Positions 29,825 through 44,043 of a stretch of 64,000 nucleotides of DNA are shown piece by piece. The position numbers were made by a program, and so were the translations under genes. This DNA comes from the human T2T-CHM13v2.0 reference genome, Homo sapiens. The stretch's first letter is position 1. Each line of letters starts with the position of its first letter. The notes beneath the pieces were generated by a model, which was not told the origin of the DNA, searched no databases, and saw nothing but the letters and a program-made list of their open reading frames with translations. Location: NCBI RefSeq assembly GCF_009914755.1, contig NC_060946.1. One strand, written 5' to 3'.

Positions 29825-30248
29825 TATGTTAGCCCATTCTCACACTGCTATAAAGAACTATCGGAGACTGCATAATCTATGAAGAAAATAGGTTTAATTG
29901 ACTCACAGTTCCACAGGCTGTACAGGAAGCATGGCTGGAAAGCCTCAGGAAACTTACGCTCATGGCAGAAGATGAAGGGGAAGCAAGCACATCTTTACCA
30001 TGGGGAGAAGGAGAGCAAGGGAGCAAAGAGGAAAGTGCTACACACTTTTTAACACCAGATCTCACGAGAACTCCCTCACTATCACGAGAACTCCCTCACT
30101 ATCACGAGAACTCCCTCACTATCACGAGAACAGCAAGGGGAAAATCCGCCCCCACGTTGCAATCACCGCCCACCAGGTCCCTCCCCTAACACTGGGGATT
30201 ACAAATCAACATGAGATTTGGGTGAGGACACAGAGCCAAACGGTATCA
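29825..30248 (-). mobile_element. MSTA MaLR solo LTR with internal 20-bp tandem expansion
   Basis: MSTA-like body; perfect TSD ctgtc at 29820-29824 and 30249-30253. Confidence 0.9.
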
Positions 30249-30358
30249 CTGTCCCTCCTCTGAGTTAATCCCAGCAACCCAGGTGGCTTCTCCATACCTG
30301 CCACCCTCATCCCAACTCCCAGTTCTTGTTGGAAGTGATGTTTAAAACAAACAGCACT

Positions 30359-31080
<722 letters not shown>

Positions 31081-32339
31081 AGGAGACTGAGTGAATGGTC
31101 AGTTCTGGCTGGACTTACTGTCTCTGTCCCTAGGAAACTCCCAGCAAGACAGCTCAGAGTGACGGGGAGCAGAGAGGAAGAGCGGAGTGACTCATCAAAG
31201 CCCCACCCAGGCTGCATGCCTGGCTGCTCCAACATCAGCCCGAGGCTTCCACCCAGCTCTGTCTGCCTGAACGTCACTTCCCAGGACGCCTGACGTATTC
31301 CTTGCGTGGTGACTTTGACATGAACACTACAAAAAGAGGGGTTTAAAAATAGCCACCTTGTCACGAAGAATAGGGAGGAGAGATACCCCCTCCCCACGCA
31401 AAGGAATGAGATGGAGAGTCACCCAAGACTTCTTGGAGCTGTGCCCATCAACGCCACTCCCTCCTCCACACTTTGCACCTGATCAGGACCACTTCATGGA
31501 GATTTACTGAGGCCCCATGCTCAGGAGTCTTTCTGCTGCTTTAAACAAGTCATCTCTGTGCATCAGTGTTGTCTGCCTCCTTCATTCTCTCTCTTCCCAG
31601 GACTCAGCAAAGCTGAGAAAAACAGCTCACAGGGCTACCTGGTGACCCAGGAGACCCTGCCAGGGCATTGCTTTGAGCCTGGCTCTGTACACATGTGCAC
31701 CTGGCTTCAAATTTTCTCCCTCTCCCTCCCTTGCTGGGTGATCTTGAGCAAGTGATTTGACCTCTCTGGGCCTCAACTCCCATATCTGTAAAATGGAGCC
31801 CAAAACACAGGAAGAACAGAGAGGCATGGGAGGCATGGGGGTGGTACCTGGAAAGCTGGAGCTGGAATCTCCCACGTCCACTAGACAGGTCCAGCGAGTA
31901 CCTACTTTCCATCCAGACACTCGGCAGAGCACACACCCCTTGGGGACAGCTTGAGTGCCTTCAAGCAGTTTGATTAATGTTCCATTTAGTGCAATAAACA
32001 ATACAATTACTCAACTCCTGCAAACTCTACTCTGAGTGCAGTGCGCAGGCTAGGATGGGGCTTTGGAGTCATCCTTGCTATTAATTACAGGTACTTAAGC
32101 ACAGCTGTAGAAAACCAATGTCACACCTTCTCTGTGGCTGAAAGGGTGGATGCAGGGAGTGGACAAGAAGGTGTCTCAGGGTCCTCCATCGTGGCATCCA
32201 ACAAAGGAGACACAGAAATGGCTTAAGGAAGACATTTCCTCCCTCCTTTCTCTCCCACTGTCCCTATCTGTTCTCTCTGTCACGATAAATCTGCAGGACA
32301 AAATAATGACATGTCCTCAGTGGTGCCCATGCTAAGCAT

Positions 32340-32735
32340 TTATTTATTGCTTGCACATCAAGGATGCTTGGCCAGGTGGCTCTGCCAGTCATGGCTGCAT
32401 TTGCTGTCATGTCCGGGGCTTGGCTGGCTGTCGGTTGGTCTAGGCTGGCTTCAGCTGGAACAACTTGAGTAACTCGGTTCTGTCCCCCACATGCCTCTTA
32501 CCCTCCCGCACGCTAGCCCAGGCATGTCCTTCTCTTGGCAAGGGCAGAAGGCAAGAGCAAACGAGCTCAGTCACAACAGGACTTCTGAGTCCTGCTGCTA
32601 ACATCCCATTGGCCAAAGCAAGTCACATGGCTGAGTCCAAAGTCAGAAGAGGAGGACACTACAGGGTCACATGGCAAAGGGTGTGAACACAGGGAGGGGT
32701 GGGAAATGGGACCGTTATTGTAATCAGCCTACCAA
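32340..32735 (-). mobile_element. MLT1H-like LTR
   Basis: cccattggccaaagcaagtcacatggc...gtcacatggcaaagggtgtg. Confidence 0.7.
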
Positions 32736-32834
32736 GCTGCCTAACCTCTTCCTGGTCCAAAAACAGAGCTGAGAAAGGGAGAATAGGCACCAGAGAAAAG
32801 CCTTTTTATAGCGAGATAGAATGTTTTGTGTGTG

Positions 32835-33593
32835 GTTTTTGTTTTGTTTGGTGTTTGAGACAGGGTCTTGTTCTACCACCCAGGCTGTCACCCAGTACTA
32901 TGATGTAATCACAGCTCACTGCAGCCTCAACCTCCTAGGATCAAGCCATCTCAGCATCCCAAGTAGCTGGGACCACAGATGTGCACCACCATACCCAGCT
33001 AATCTTTTTTCCTATATTTTTAGTAGAGGCAGGGGTCTCCCTATGTTTCCCAGGTTGGTCTCGAACTGCTAGCCTCAAGTCATCCTCCTACCTCAGCCTC
33101 CTGAGTAGCTGGGACCACAGCTGCATGCCACCATGCCCGGCTAATTTTTTTTAAAAAATGTTTTAGTCCGGGCACGGTGACTTACACCTGTAATCCCAGC
33201 ACTTTGGAAGGCTGAGGCAGGTGGATCATGAGGTCAGGAGTTCACAACCAGCCTGGCCAAGATGGTGGAACCTCGTCTCTACTAAAAAAAAAAAATACAA
33301 AAATTAGGCGGGCATGGTAGTGGGTGCCTGTAATCCCAGCTACTCAGGAGGCTGAGGCAGAGAATTGCTTGAACCCGGAAGATGGAGGTTGCAGTCAGCC
33401 AAGATTGCACCACTGCACTCCAGACTGGGCGACAGAGCGATACTCTGTCTCAAAAACAAAAAAAATTTTTTTTTAGTAGAGGTGGGTCTCATTATGTTGC
33501 CCAGGCTAGTCTCGAACTCATGGCTTGAAGTGATCCTCATGCCTTGGCCTCCCAAAATCCTGAGATTACAGGTGTTAGCCACCATGCCCAGCC
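32835..33593 (-). mobile_element. Three-arm AluJ-derived element interrupted by an oppositely oriented Alu
   Basis: Reverse-strand arms at about 32850-33000, 33020-33150 and 33470-33593. Confidence 0.85.
33166..33465 (+). mobile_element. AluS, full length
   Basis: Complete dimer inserted in the A/T linker of the AluJ element. Confidence 0.93.
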
Positions 33594-34582
33594 TAGAATA
33601 TTAACTGAGAGGAGTATATTAGGACTGTGCAAAGGACATGAAATCCAGCATCTAAAGGGCAGAACTGAAGGTTGGTTTTGTGTGTTCTGCAGCAGAATGA
33701 GGAGCACACATTTTTTTCATCAAGTTTGAAAAGCAAAAATCTAGGCATGTTTGGTTTGCTTCTATTCAACCAATGCTGAGATTTCAATCATGGAATCTCT
33801 GGCAATCTAAAACAAATGGCCCATTAGGAAGTTGTTGCCTGGGGAGTCCTTATTGAGCCTCTGGCTTGCCTCGGCGAGGCTCTCATGCAGAACGCTGCCA
33901 TGGGCCAAACCCATGGAGGAAACTGCACCTCTCCTGAAATGTGAGTCATCCTGAGAGCTGGCACGGGTGACCCCCATTCCAGAGAGGTTAATTACAAGAT
34001 CTTGGACCCAGAGCTAGAACTCCAGCTACCCCCCAACACCCCCCCGCCACAATAAGAAAGCCAACACTGACAAAGAGAATCTCCTTGAATTCTCCCCACT
34101 TTGGGAAGTAGGTACTATTTTTGTCTACATTTTATTGGTGATGAAACTGAGGCTGAGAAAGGAAGATTGGCAGCTGGCAATAAAGTGGGAGCCAGGATGC
34201 AAGCTCAGGAGGTCTGATACCAGAACGTTTGCTGCTGTGTCCCAAGCCTCCCTGCAGTGGAAATGCACAGGAGATGCCAGGCCTAAGCTGGCTGTTGTAA
34301 GCATCCAGCCCAGTCCACAGTGGGTCACAGGAGACCCACAGAGAAGCCCACCTGCAGAGATCTAGTGTCCATGGACTGAGGGCCCAATCAACCTGCTTAT
34401 CTGCTCAGAGCTCATCAATACAGACTCATACTGTCTCGATTTCTATCTCTTCCTAAATGCCTTTTCCCAGCTTGATACATTAAAAATATATTCTCCAGCT
34501 TTCCAACCTAAGCCCCTACCCCTTCTCACTTCCCCTTGGCTTGACTCCATGCCCCAAAATTTCTTAGAAACAACCCCGATTG

Positions 34583-34890
<308 letters not shown>

Positions 34891-34907
34891 TCACTCACAA
34901 GAACGTC

Positions 34908-35767
34908 TCTGTATCCATTAGATTTTGCTATGCAACAAACTATATCAAAACTTGCTGGCTTAAAACAAGAAACATATTTAGCTCACAATTCTGCTGATCT
35001 GCAGTTGGGCTGAGCTCAGTATGGCTGTTCTTCTGGTCATGACTGGGCTCACTCCTATATCTGCAGTCAGCTACCAGGTGGGTCAAGGCTGGCCTCAACT
35101 AGGACAGCTTGGCTCTCATCCTCCATCATGTTACCCCAGGCTTATTTTCATGGCAGATGCAGGTTTTGAGAAGGAATAGAAACTGAAAATTTCCTTTAGG
35201 CCCTACTTGGTAGCACAATGCCATTTCTGCCACACTCTACTGGCTAACACAAGTCCAGTGCTATGGACTAAATTGCTTCCCTCCAAAATTCATATATGAT
35301 GCCCTAACCTCCAATGTGACTATATCTGGAGACAAGGTCTTTAAGAGGTGATTAAGGGTAAACAGAGTCATAAGGGAGGGGCCCTAATCCAATCAGACTG
35401 TGGCCTTATAAGAAAATTAACAGAGAGATCTCTCCCTCTCTCTACCACATGAGGACACAGTAAGAAGGTGGCTGTCTGCAAACTAGGAAGAGATCCCTCA
35501 CCAGCATCCAACCATGCTTGGCACGCTGATCTCAGACTTCCAGGCTCCAAAACTATGAGAAAATAAATTTCTGTTATTTAAGCCACCCAGTCTATGGTAC
35601 TTTGTTCTGGCAGCCTGGGCTAATTAAGACATCCAGAGTCAAGACATGGGGAATAGATTCCATCTTTTGATGGAAGGAGCTGCAAAGCCACATCATAAAG
35701 GGGCATAGATAAGAGAAGGAGTGGGTAAAGAGAAATTGAGGACTTTTCCAATCAGTTTAACACCACA
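34908..35767 (-). mobile_element. MLT1H-like LTR interrupted by a younger MLT1A LTR
   Basis: Collinear pieces on both sides of 35259-35631. Confidence 0.7.
35259..35631 (+). mobile_element. MLT1A-type solo LTR
   Basis: tgctatggact start and taagaca end; perfect TSD tccag at 35254-35258 and 35632-35636. Confidence 0.88.
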
Positions 35768-35809
35768 GAGCCTACAAAGTAGAATTTCTGTGCACCAGCT
35801 TTGAAATAA

Positions 35810-36260
35810 CACAGTCATTGTGGCTCTGCCATTTTCTAGCCACTTGGTATTTGGTAAGTCACTCAACCTCCCTAAGCCTCTACGTATTCATCTGCCAAAT
35901 GGGAATAAAAATAGTGTCTACCTCATAGGACCATCATGAGAACTAAAAGAGACAACATGTTTGAAGTGATTGCCACCCTGTAGGTGCTCAATAAATCTTT
36001 GCTCTTCATCATCAATACCACCTGCACAGACTAGTAACATGGAGGTTGAAAACTGGACCTGAGTTTAAATTCTAGCTCTGTCATTTGTCAGCTGTGTGAC
36101 CTGGAGTAAGCCCCTTGACCCTCTGCACCTCTATTCCCGTATCTGCAAAATGGAGAAAATAATAAACACTACCTCCAGGGGCACTGTAGGATTCAGTATA
36201 ATAATTTCTAAGAGAAGCTCAGCTCAGTAGCTGGCACAGCATTGAGTTCTTGGGAAATTG
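35810..36260 (+). mobile_element. Two tandem MIRs
   Basis: Two cores (catctgccaaatggg; ctgtgtgacct...tatctgcaaaatgg). Confidence 0.7.
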
Positions 36261-36877
36261 ACATGATTATGATTATTGACATCTGTAAATAGGAATACCC
36301 ATCTCAAGAGTGGCTCTGAGGAACAACAAGGGTAATGAACCACACAGCACCTTGGAAGCCAGGAAAGGCTTGCATTTATCAATATGGTTTTAGTTGTATG
36401 AGACAGAAACACAAATCCAGTTAGTTTAAGCAAAACAGGAGTTGTTCTTAGCTCTTGTTACCAAAAATTCTGTGAGAAGGACAGGTGTGAGACAGGCTCC
36501 CAGGATGCCAACCTCATCTAGACATTGCCTTTGACTTCATCTGCCTCTCTTTTTACTGGTCACTTTCTTTTTTCCTTATCTTCACAGAGTGGGGGACACA
36601 GCCACAGACAGCTCAGGACTCATCTTCATGGAGGAAAAGGGGCTGCCTTCATCCAGCCCAAGGGCAAAAATCCCAGAGAAGAGCTCCGATTGGCCCACTA
36701 AGAGTCACATGACCATCTTTAGCCCAGTCACAGCAGTCAGAGAGTGGGATAGTATGATTGGCAGCCCCCAGCAGAAGCACTTATTGAGAAGAGGAAGAAC
36801 AGATGCCTGGAAGGAAAGGACGGTTGTGGGATTGGTGGGGGTATATTCTGTGTAGATGAAACAAAAAGGCCTGCTTT

Positions 36878-37366
36878 TGATGCAGAACAGGTGAGCCCCA
36901 AAATTTGGGCTTAGCCTGGGAGGGTTCTTCCCTTTGCCTAGGAAAGAATTCAAGCACAAGCCAGTGGTGGTAAACAGCAGCTTTAATTGAAGTGTCAGTG
37001 TGCAGCAGCAGAGGTACTGCTCTTTGCAAAGCAGGGCTACCCCATAGGCAGTGTGCCCAGAGTAGCAGCTCAGAGACAGTCCTACAGTCATATTTATACC
37101 CACTTCTCATTACATGCAAATTAAGGAGCAGTTTATGCAGAAATTTCTAGGAAAAGGATGGTAACTTCTGAGTCGTTGGGTTGTTGTCATGGAAAGGGGC
37201 ATAACTTCTAGGTGTTGCCATGGCAATGGTAAACTGAGATGGCACACTGGTGGGTGAGGGGAGTCTTGTGGAAAGCTGCTTCCATCCTGGCCCTGTTTTA
37301 GCTAGTCTTCAATTTGGTCCAGTGTCTGAGCCCCACCTCTGGAGTTGAGTTCTGCCTCCTACTTCA
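36878..37366 (-). mobile_element. MER66-like ERV1 solo LTR
   Basis: Reverse strand starts tgaagtaggaggcagaactcaactccagaggtgggg; TG...CA termini; ~490 bp. Confidence 0.75.
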
Positions 37367-38329
37367 GTTTGGCTCTGTTCCATTCCCTCCAAATCTGCTT
37401 TCCCCATTTGACAGTAGAAACCCTTAAGGCTCAGCCAGGTCAAGAGACTCAGGTCACACGAAGTAGGAAAATGTAAAAATAACTTCTAAACTTCACTCTT
37501 GACACTATGTGATGCTGTGCCATTTGGAAGGGTCCCTTTTGCCTACGCAGCCCTGCTCTGCACGTCACCCAGCCTGGCCCAATTTCCCTGCATCTTGGTC
37601 TCTGTCCATGTGTCCTTGGCACACATATGGAATGAGCTATGGCATTCAGTTGCTCCCTCCCGGACCAGTTGCCACAGCCCGGTACTGCAGGCCCATTCAG
37701 CTGAGTCTTGGAGTTGTCAAACATCTCAGAAGCAGTCACCTACATATTTCAGGTCCAGCCAATGCAGCCTGCCTTTGTCCAGCACCATTTGCTGCATATT
37801 TCAAGAGAAATTAGATCCACATGACCAAATTCCTCCACACTCATCTCACTCAGGCCAGGGTTTGGCATGAAAGGGCTGTGGGCTGTGGAAAGGTTTCCCT
37901 CCCTCCTGCTTGGGACCAGAGCACAGCTACTGATGCGAAGGGGATGACAAGCCCCCAGCCGAAAGTGCAACCAGAGCCTTCAAAGGCTTAGCCCATAGGG
38001 TCAGAGCAGGACAAGGGCCTAGGAAGAGAGAAACCTGACATCTCAGCACCCTGGGCACAGGGGAAGGCTAGGGTACAGCCCTTCCCAGCTGCTGGCTGGA
38101 AACAGGATGCATGGAGTCCAGAGCTCAGTGCTCAGAAGTCAGGCCAGGCCAACCTGGCACCCCAGCCCCACTCTGCCACTCTGTAGCCAGGTGGCCATAG
38201 GCAAGCCTCAGTTTCCTCATGTGAAAAATGGGGATTAAAGTGGTGTCAATCCCACGGGAAAGTGGTCTCATAATGACATTGAGGTGAAGAATGCAAAAGT
38301 AAATGTCAGTTGGTACTATTATTATATTG

Positions 38330-38990
38330 TTACCACCATCATCATCACCTTCATCAGCACCATCACCATCATCATCATTAAAATCATCACCATCATCATC
38401 ACCACCATTATCATCATCAACATCACCACCACCATCACTATCACCATCATCACCACCATCACTATCACCATCACCACCATCACTATCACCATCATCACCA
38501 CCATCACCACCATCACTATCATCATCATCACCATCACAACCACCATCAGCATCATCACCACCATCACTATCATCACAATCACCACCACCATCATCGGCAC
38601 CGTCATTATCATTATCATCACCATCACCACCACCAACATTATCATCACCATCACCATCACCATTGTCATCATCATCACTATCACCACCATCATCACCATC
38701 GCAACCACCATCAACATCATCACCACCATCACTATCATCACAATCATCATCACCACCATCACCATCACCATCATTATCATTATCATTATCATCACCATCA
38801 CCACCACCATCATCATTATCACCACCATCACCATCATTATCATCATCATCACCATCACCACCACCATCATCATTATCACCACCATCACCATCATTATCAT
38901 TATCATCACCATCACCACCACCATTATCACCACCATCGTCATCACTATTATCTTCACCATATGGTTACCATCATCATCACTATTACCATT
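38330..38990. repeat. Degenerate (CAT/CAC)n trinucleotide tract
   Basis: ~660 bp of ATC/ACC/ATT/ACT triplets. Confidence 0.97.
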
Positions 38991-41584
38991 ATGCAAAACT
39001 TAGTGGTTAGGCCAGGTCTGATGACTTCATCACCACAACCACTGTCCTCCTGCAGATCACCATCATCTTTAGCCTGGAGTACTGATAGAATCCTGTAACT
39101 GCCTAGCTGCCTCTAGTGTCACTCCCTCCAAAACCCTTGCTTCTGCTCAAAGCCATTCCATCATCCATAGAGTAAAGCCCAGGCGCTTTCACGTGGCATC
39201 AGGGGACTTTCCCCTTGTGCCCCTTTCTGCCTTATCACTCACACCTACAGTCACATCAAGTGGTTCCCCTTTCTACAAAATGTGCCACGCTTCCCTATGT
39301 TTCCAGTACTATACACCAGCTGTTCCCGCCACACAGAATATTCTTCCCAGTTGCCTCTCAAGCTCCCAGTGACCTTTCAGGGTTCAGCTCAAATGGCTCC
39401 TCGACAAAACTCCACTCTATCCTAGCTGGACAGCATTGCCCGTAGAAGGCTCTGGACTTCTTTGTCAAAAAGGGAGACAAGCATGAGTTGGAGACAGGTG
39501 TAAAAGAGGTATCAGCACCAACAGGAGTCTTTCCCTGATGCCATGAGAGGAATTGGGAGGAAATAGCTGTCTCAATGGGGAATTCAAAATTATTTATCTC
39601 ACGTCCCACTAAGGGGAATGCACCCAGCCCTTCAGGACGCACTGGCATGCATGATGTACCAGGGAGGGGCTCCACACAGAAGTCTACCTCCCCCACGATC
39701 CTCTCTGAGCAGAGCCAGCCCCACATTTGTAGGGGACGTGCCTGTTTTATGGCTGAAGTTATATAACTCATCCTTCTCTGAAGCAGACATTCTTAGTTCA
39801 AACCCTGACCCCACCCCTTCCCGTCTATTTGAAAGACTTAGTTTCCTTGGCTATACAATAGTTGGTTGTGCTCAAGGACCTCTGGGAACCCTTCCTGTCC
39901 TAAGCAGAGAGACAATAGCCTGTGAATCTGGCAGTCCTGTATTCCATCTGACAGATCCGTCCACCCTTAACGTGAGAATAGGAGTTACCCTGCAAGTGTG
40001 CTGGAAGTTCCAGCCCTCTGCTTGCTGTGAGCAGGCTCTGAGCCTCGGTGTCCCTAGCAGGGCAGATAATGGGCTTTCCTCTTGCACAGGACTCTTGTGA
40101 AGTCTGAATGGCTCTTTCTGAACATGGAGCCAGGCACAGGGGACGCCCCTGTAGCCCTAGTTGTGCATGACTCACGACTCTTATCCATTCCACAACAAGA
40201 GCCCAGCCCCAGTGGCCTCTGGCTGGGAGGGGGTTGGAGAGTGAGTTCAGGGAAGCTAGACGCCAGGAAGGGCCACACCCAGTGCCTATTGCTCTCCCCC
40301 AACCCCCCACACTCTTTTAAATCTGCAGCCTGCGTGACAGTGCATTTGGCTGGATCCTTAAAAAAATAATTTCAGAGAAAATGCAAATGACACAGGAAAA
40401 CAAGTTGCAGATGGTGCGTGACTCCCACAAGAGCACCGCCCTGGCTCCTCCCGGGTCCTTCAGCAGCGCCCCTGTTGTCCACCCCCCACCAAGCTGACTT
40501 ATGGTGTTCCTTAGGGTGGCCCAGGGGAGCCAGCCATGCGGGAAGGGCCCGGCCTCTTTCTTGAAAGGAAGAAAGGAGGGAGGGGGCGGAGCTGTCTACC
40601 ACCTGCTGGCCGACCCTGCTTCAAGCCATCTCAGCTGCACACCTCCTGGGTGTCAGGCCCTGCCCTGGCGACACCACTAGGATTTGATCTGATCCCTCTG
40701 CCCCAGGAAGGAGGCAGATACCTTTAAACTTCAGTGCCTTAGGGAACTATGCTAAGGGAGGCTTGCCTGCTTCATTGATCCACCTCCTACCAGTCTTTCT
40801 TTTCTCCTTGTGCTCCAGTCACACTGGCCAACTTGTTGTTTCTTCACACACATCAAACTCTCCCTACCTCTAGGCCTTTGCACTTGGCTTCCTCTGCCTG
40901 GAAGGAGTTCTCAAATCCTTCCTCTTCCAAAGACCTTCTCTGATCACCCACTACATAGTAGTCCCACCCCATCATTCTTTATTAAAGCACACAGTTCGTG
41001 TCCTTCATAACTGTTTTTACAATTAATAACAATGTACTGGTTTGTGTTTCCTTGTCAATTGGTGGCAACAAGTCAGTGTATTCATCAGTGTTTCCCCAGG
41101 GTCTACCACGATGCCTAGAATATGAAGGTGCTCAAATATTTGTAGGAGGGAGAAATGAAATGTTCCTTGTTGGGTGCTTGAAAAAACAAAGAGGCATTTG
41201 AGCAGGGTTCTGAAGGATGTTTAGGAGTTCATAAGCAGGGGGGAAGGTAATGGAGGCAGATGAATAAAATGAATGAAATGGAGGCAGATGAATGAAAGAG
41301 CAGGGAAACTTGAGCATGCGGGCCTAAACATGAGGTTCAGGGCCCACAGGTGAGCTTCAAATGGCGTGGACTTAAGCCCAGCTCCCCCATTCACAATGAT
41401 CCTGGGGTTGTAACTTCAGCTCCCTGAGCTCTGTTTCCTCATCTCTAAAACAATAGGGTTGGGTAAGGATTTGTAGAAAAGATACACGGGCTTGGCACAC
41501 TACTGGACATATAGTCAGTGGGATAAACAAGGCAGCTGCTATTTTCATGCAGGGATTCAGCAGAGGGACTTCTAGGCCCCAGGC

Positions 41585-41879
41585 TAGGAGAGAGAGAGAA
41601 GGGAGGGAGGGAGGGTGGGAGAAAGAAGGAGACAGAGAGAGGAAGAGAGGGAAAGAGAGAAAGAGAGAGAGAGGTGGAGAGAAAGAAAGAAAGAAAGAGA
41701 AAAAGGGAGGGAGACAGAGAGAGAGAGAGAAAGAAAGAGAGAGAGAGAAAGAAAGAGAGAAAGAAAGAAGAAAAAGAAAAGAAAAAGAGAAAAGAAAAGA
41801 AAGAAAAACAGAAAAAGAGAAAGAAAGAAAAAAGAAAAAGAAAGAAAGGAAGTAAGGAAGGAGAAAGAAAGAGAAAGAG

Positions 41880-41938
<59 letters not shown>

Positions 41939-41990
41939 AAAGGAAAGGAAAGGAAAGGAAAGGAAAGGAAAGGAAAGGAAAGAAAAGAAA
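41585..41990. repeat. Compound polypurine STR (GA/GAAA/GGAAA)
   Basis: (GAAA)n at 41881-41940 and (GGAAA)n at 41942-41981. Confidence 0.97.
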
Positions 41991-43095
41991 CCTGAGACAT
42001 CTAGGCCATCAGCAGGGCTGTGAGGAATTCCTTCAGCTTCATGCAGAGAGCCAAGTTCCAAGTCGAAATCGTGGCTGGGGGCCTGGGCCAAAGAACTGGG
42101 GGGATAGAATTTGGAGTCACATGACCCTTGAGCAATGCTTTGAGAGACTCTGGCTTAAACCTCCATCTTTGCCTTCACCTAGTCCTCAAGGTTCCAGGCT
42201 TTGGTAGTTTCTGCTGAAACTCTTTCAGCTGCCCTTTGCCCAGGCTGCAACCTCTTCCAGAAATGCCCTTTCTCCAGCTGTTGAAACTCCCAGCAAATTT
42301 GCAGCCATCTCCATGGCACTTCAGTCAGGCGCTAGCACTAATGCCCAACCCTCTGGCCACTTACAGGACAACCATAGTCCTGACGTTTGTCTCAGGGTCT
42401 GAAAGTTTCCAATCAGTGCACTTAGGCTAGGAATAGAGAATCCCATCCACCAAACTAGAAGTTCCTCAAGGAGTGGGATCAGGTTCGCCTTGCCCAGCAC
42501 GCAGGAGGTGGTGGTCAGCTAATGTTTGTTGAATGAATAAATAAGCAAATGCTTGAACTGTAGAAGGCAGGGGAAATGAGCTTAACCCCACCTCTGCCTT
42601 CACCAATACCCCTTCCCCATGACGCAAATCTTATTTCCAATCCAATCAGGAGAAAACTGAGGTTCAGGGAGGTCCTAGTTTGGCCATCTCTGATCTCATC
42701 TGAGTCTGTCCCTTTCTGAGTCTGTTTCCCCATCTGTATGGGAAGTAGCACCCCTGGTGCAGGGCCAGCTTCATGAGTGTGTGACGGGGGCAGTCATAAG
42801 CCGGCTGTGTCTAAGACTAGGTGGGAGTGGTGACGTCCCCAGAAGGCCCCACTCTCCATGCACTTTTCCTTACCCTGAAGGCAGAAAGAGGCAATGATGT
42901 TCTAAGACACACAAAGGACCAATGTTTACTTAAAGGACTCATGTTTACTTCTGCAGGAAAAGAATGAAGGGAAGAGGAAGACAGAGCAACCCACAGTTCC
43001 TTCTTTCAGCCTTTCCTCACTCTTCAGTAAGCCAAAAGTAGAGAGTGTTAGTACAGTATGCATGTGGCAAGAAGTGAAATAAAAACAGTTGATTT

Positions 43096-43421
43096 GGTCA
43101 GGCTCAGTGGCTCACACCTGTAATCCCAGCACTTTGGGAGGTCAAGGCAGGAGGATCACTTGAGGCCAGGAGTTTGAGACTGGTCTGGGCAACATAGCAA
43201 GACACCCACCTGAACAAAAAATTTAAAAATTTAGCCCAGGTAGGGTAGCGTGTGCCCATAGTCGTAGCTACTCAGGAGGCTGAGGCAGGAGGATCTCTTG
43301 AGCCCAGGAGTTTAAGGCGGCAGTGAGCTAGGATAGCACCACTATACTCCAGCTGGGGTGACAGACCAAGGCAATGTCTCAAAATAACAATAACAATAAT
43401 AATAGTAATAATAATAATAAT
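43096..43421 (+). mobile_element. AluJ with (TAA)n tail
   Basis: Complete dimer; TSD aacagttga. Confidence 0.93.
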
Positions 43422-43775
43422 AACAGTTGAGTTAGTTTTGAGCAGCGTTTCTGCCATTCTGGTAATAATGAAATGCCTGTGTGTGTGCAAGCTATAAATA
43501 TGAATTTTGTCATTTCAGTGATTCCGCTTACAAGTTAAATGCTCTAATATTTGCGCTTAAAACAGGCATTGTATAATATAAAGATGAGTGGTAAAATTCA
43601 TGCTAATAACTTATAAAAGTTTAATTTTTCTTTACTTAGAAGGATATTAAATAGCAAATAAAAAATGCCATGACAAGGCAAGAGAGAGAGACTACGGAAG
43701 AAAGGAAAAAGTCTTTATATTTTAGTACATTTCTTAATGCCATTTTTCTCTGCTTTTTGAACAAGGGGCCTGGAA

Positions 43776-44043
43776 TTTTTTATTTGTTTTTCTTAGAGAA
43801 AAGGTCTCACTTTGTCGCCCAGACTGGAGTGATGTGGCACAATCATAGCTCACTGCAGCCTCCACTCCTGGCCTCAAGCCATCCTCTTGTCTCAACCTCC
43901 CAAGTAGCTGGGACTACAGGTGCACGCCGCCACGTGCAGCTAATTTTTCTATTCTATTATTTGTAGGGATGGAGTGTTGCTGTGTTGCCCAGGCTGGTCT
44001 TGAACACCTGCCCTTAAGCGATCCTCCTGCCTCAGCCTCTGAA
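43776..44043 (-). mobile_element. AluJo-like, 5'-truncated
   Basis: cacaatcatagctcactgcagcctc J diagnostic. Confidence 0.88.

Noticed and set aside
38284-39010. 224-239 aa ORFs (Ile/Thr-, Ser/Pro- and Met/Val-rich)
   Set aside because: Stop-free frames produced by the CAT/CAC triplet repeat; no splice or promoter context
41372-42207. Lys/Glu/Arg-rich and Phe/Leu/Ser-rich ORFs
   Set aside because: GAAA/GGAAA microsatellite artefacts
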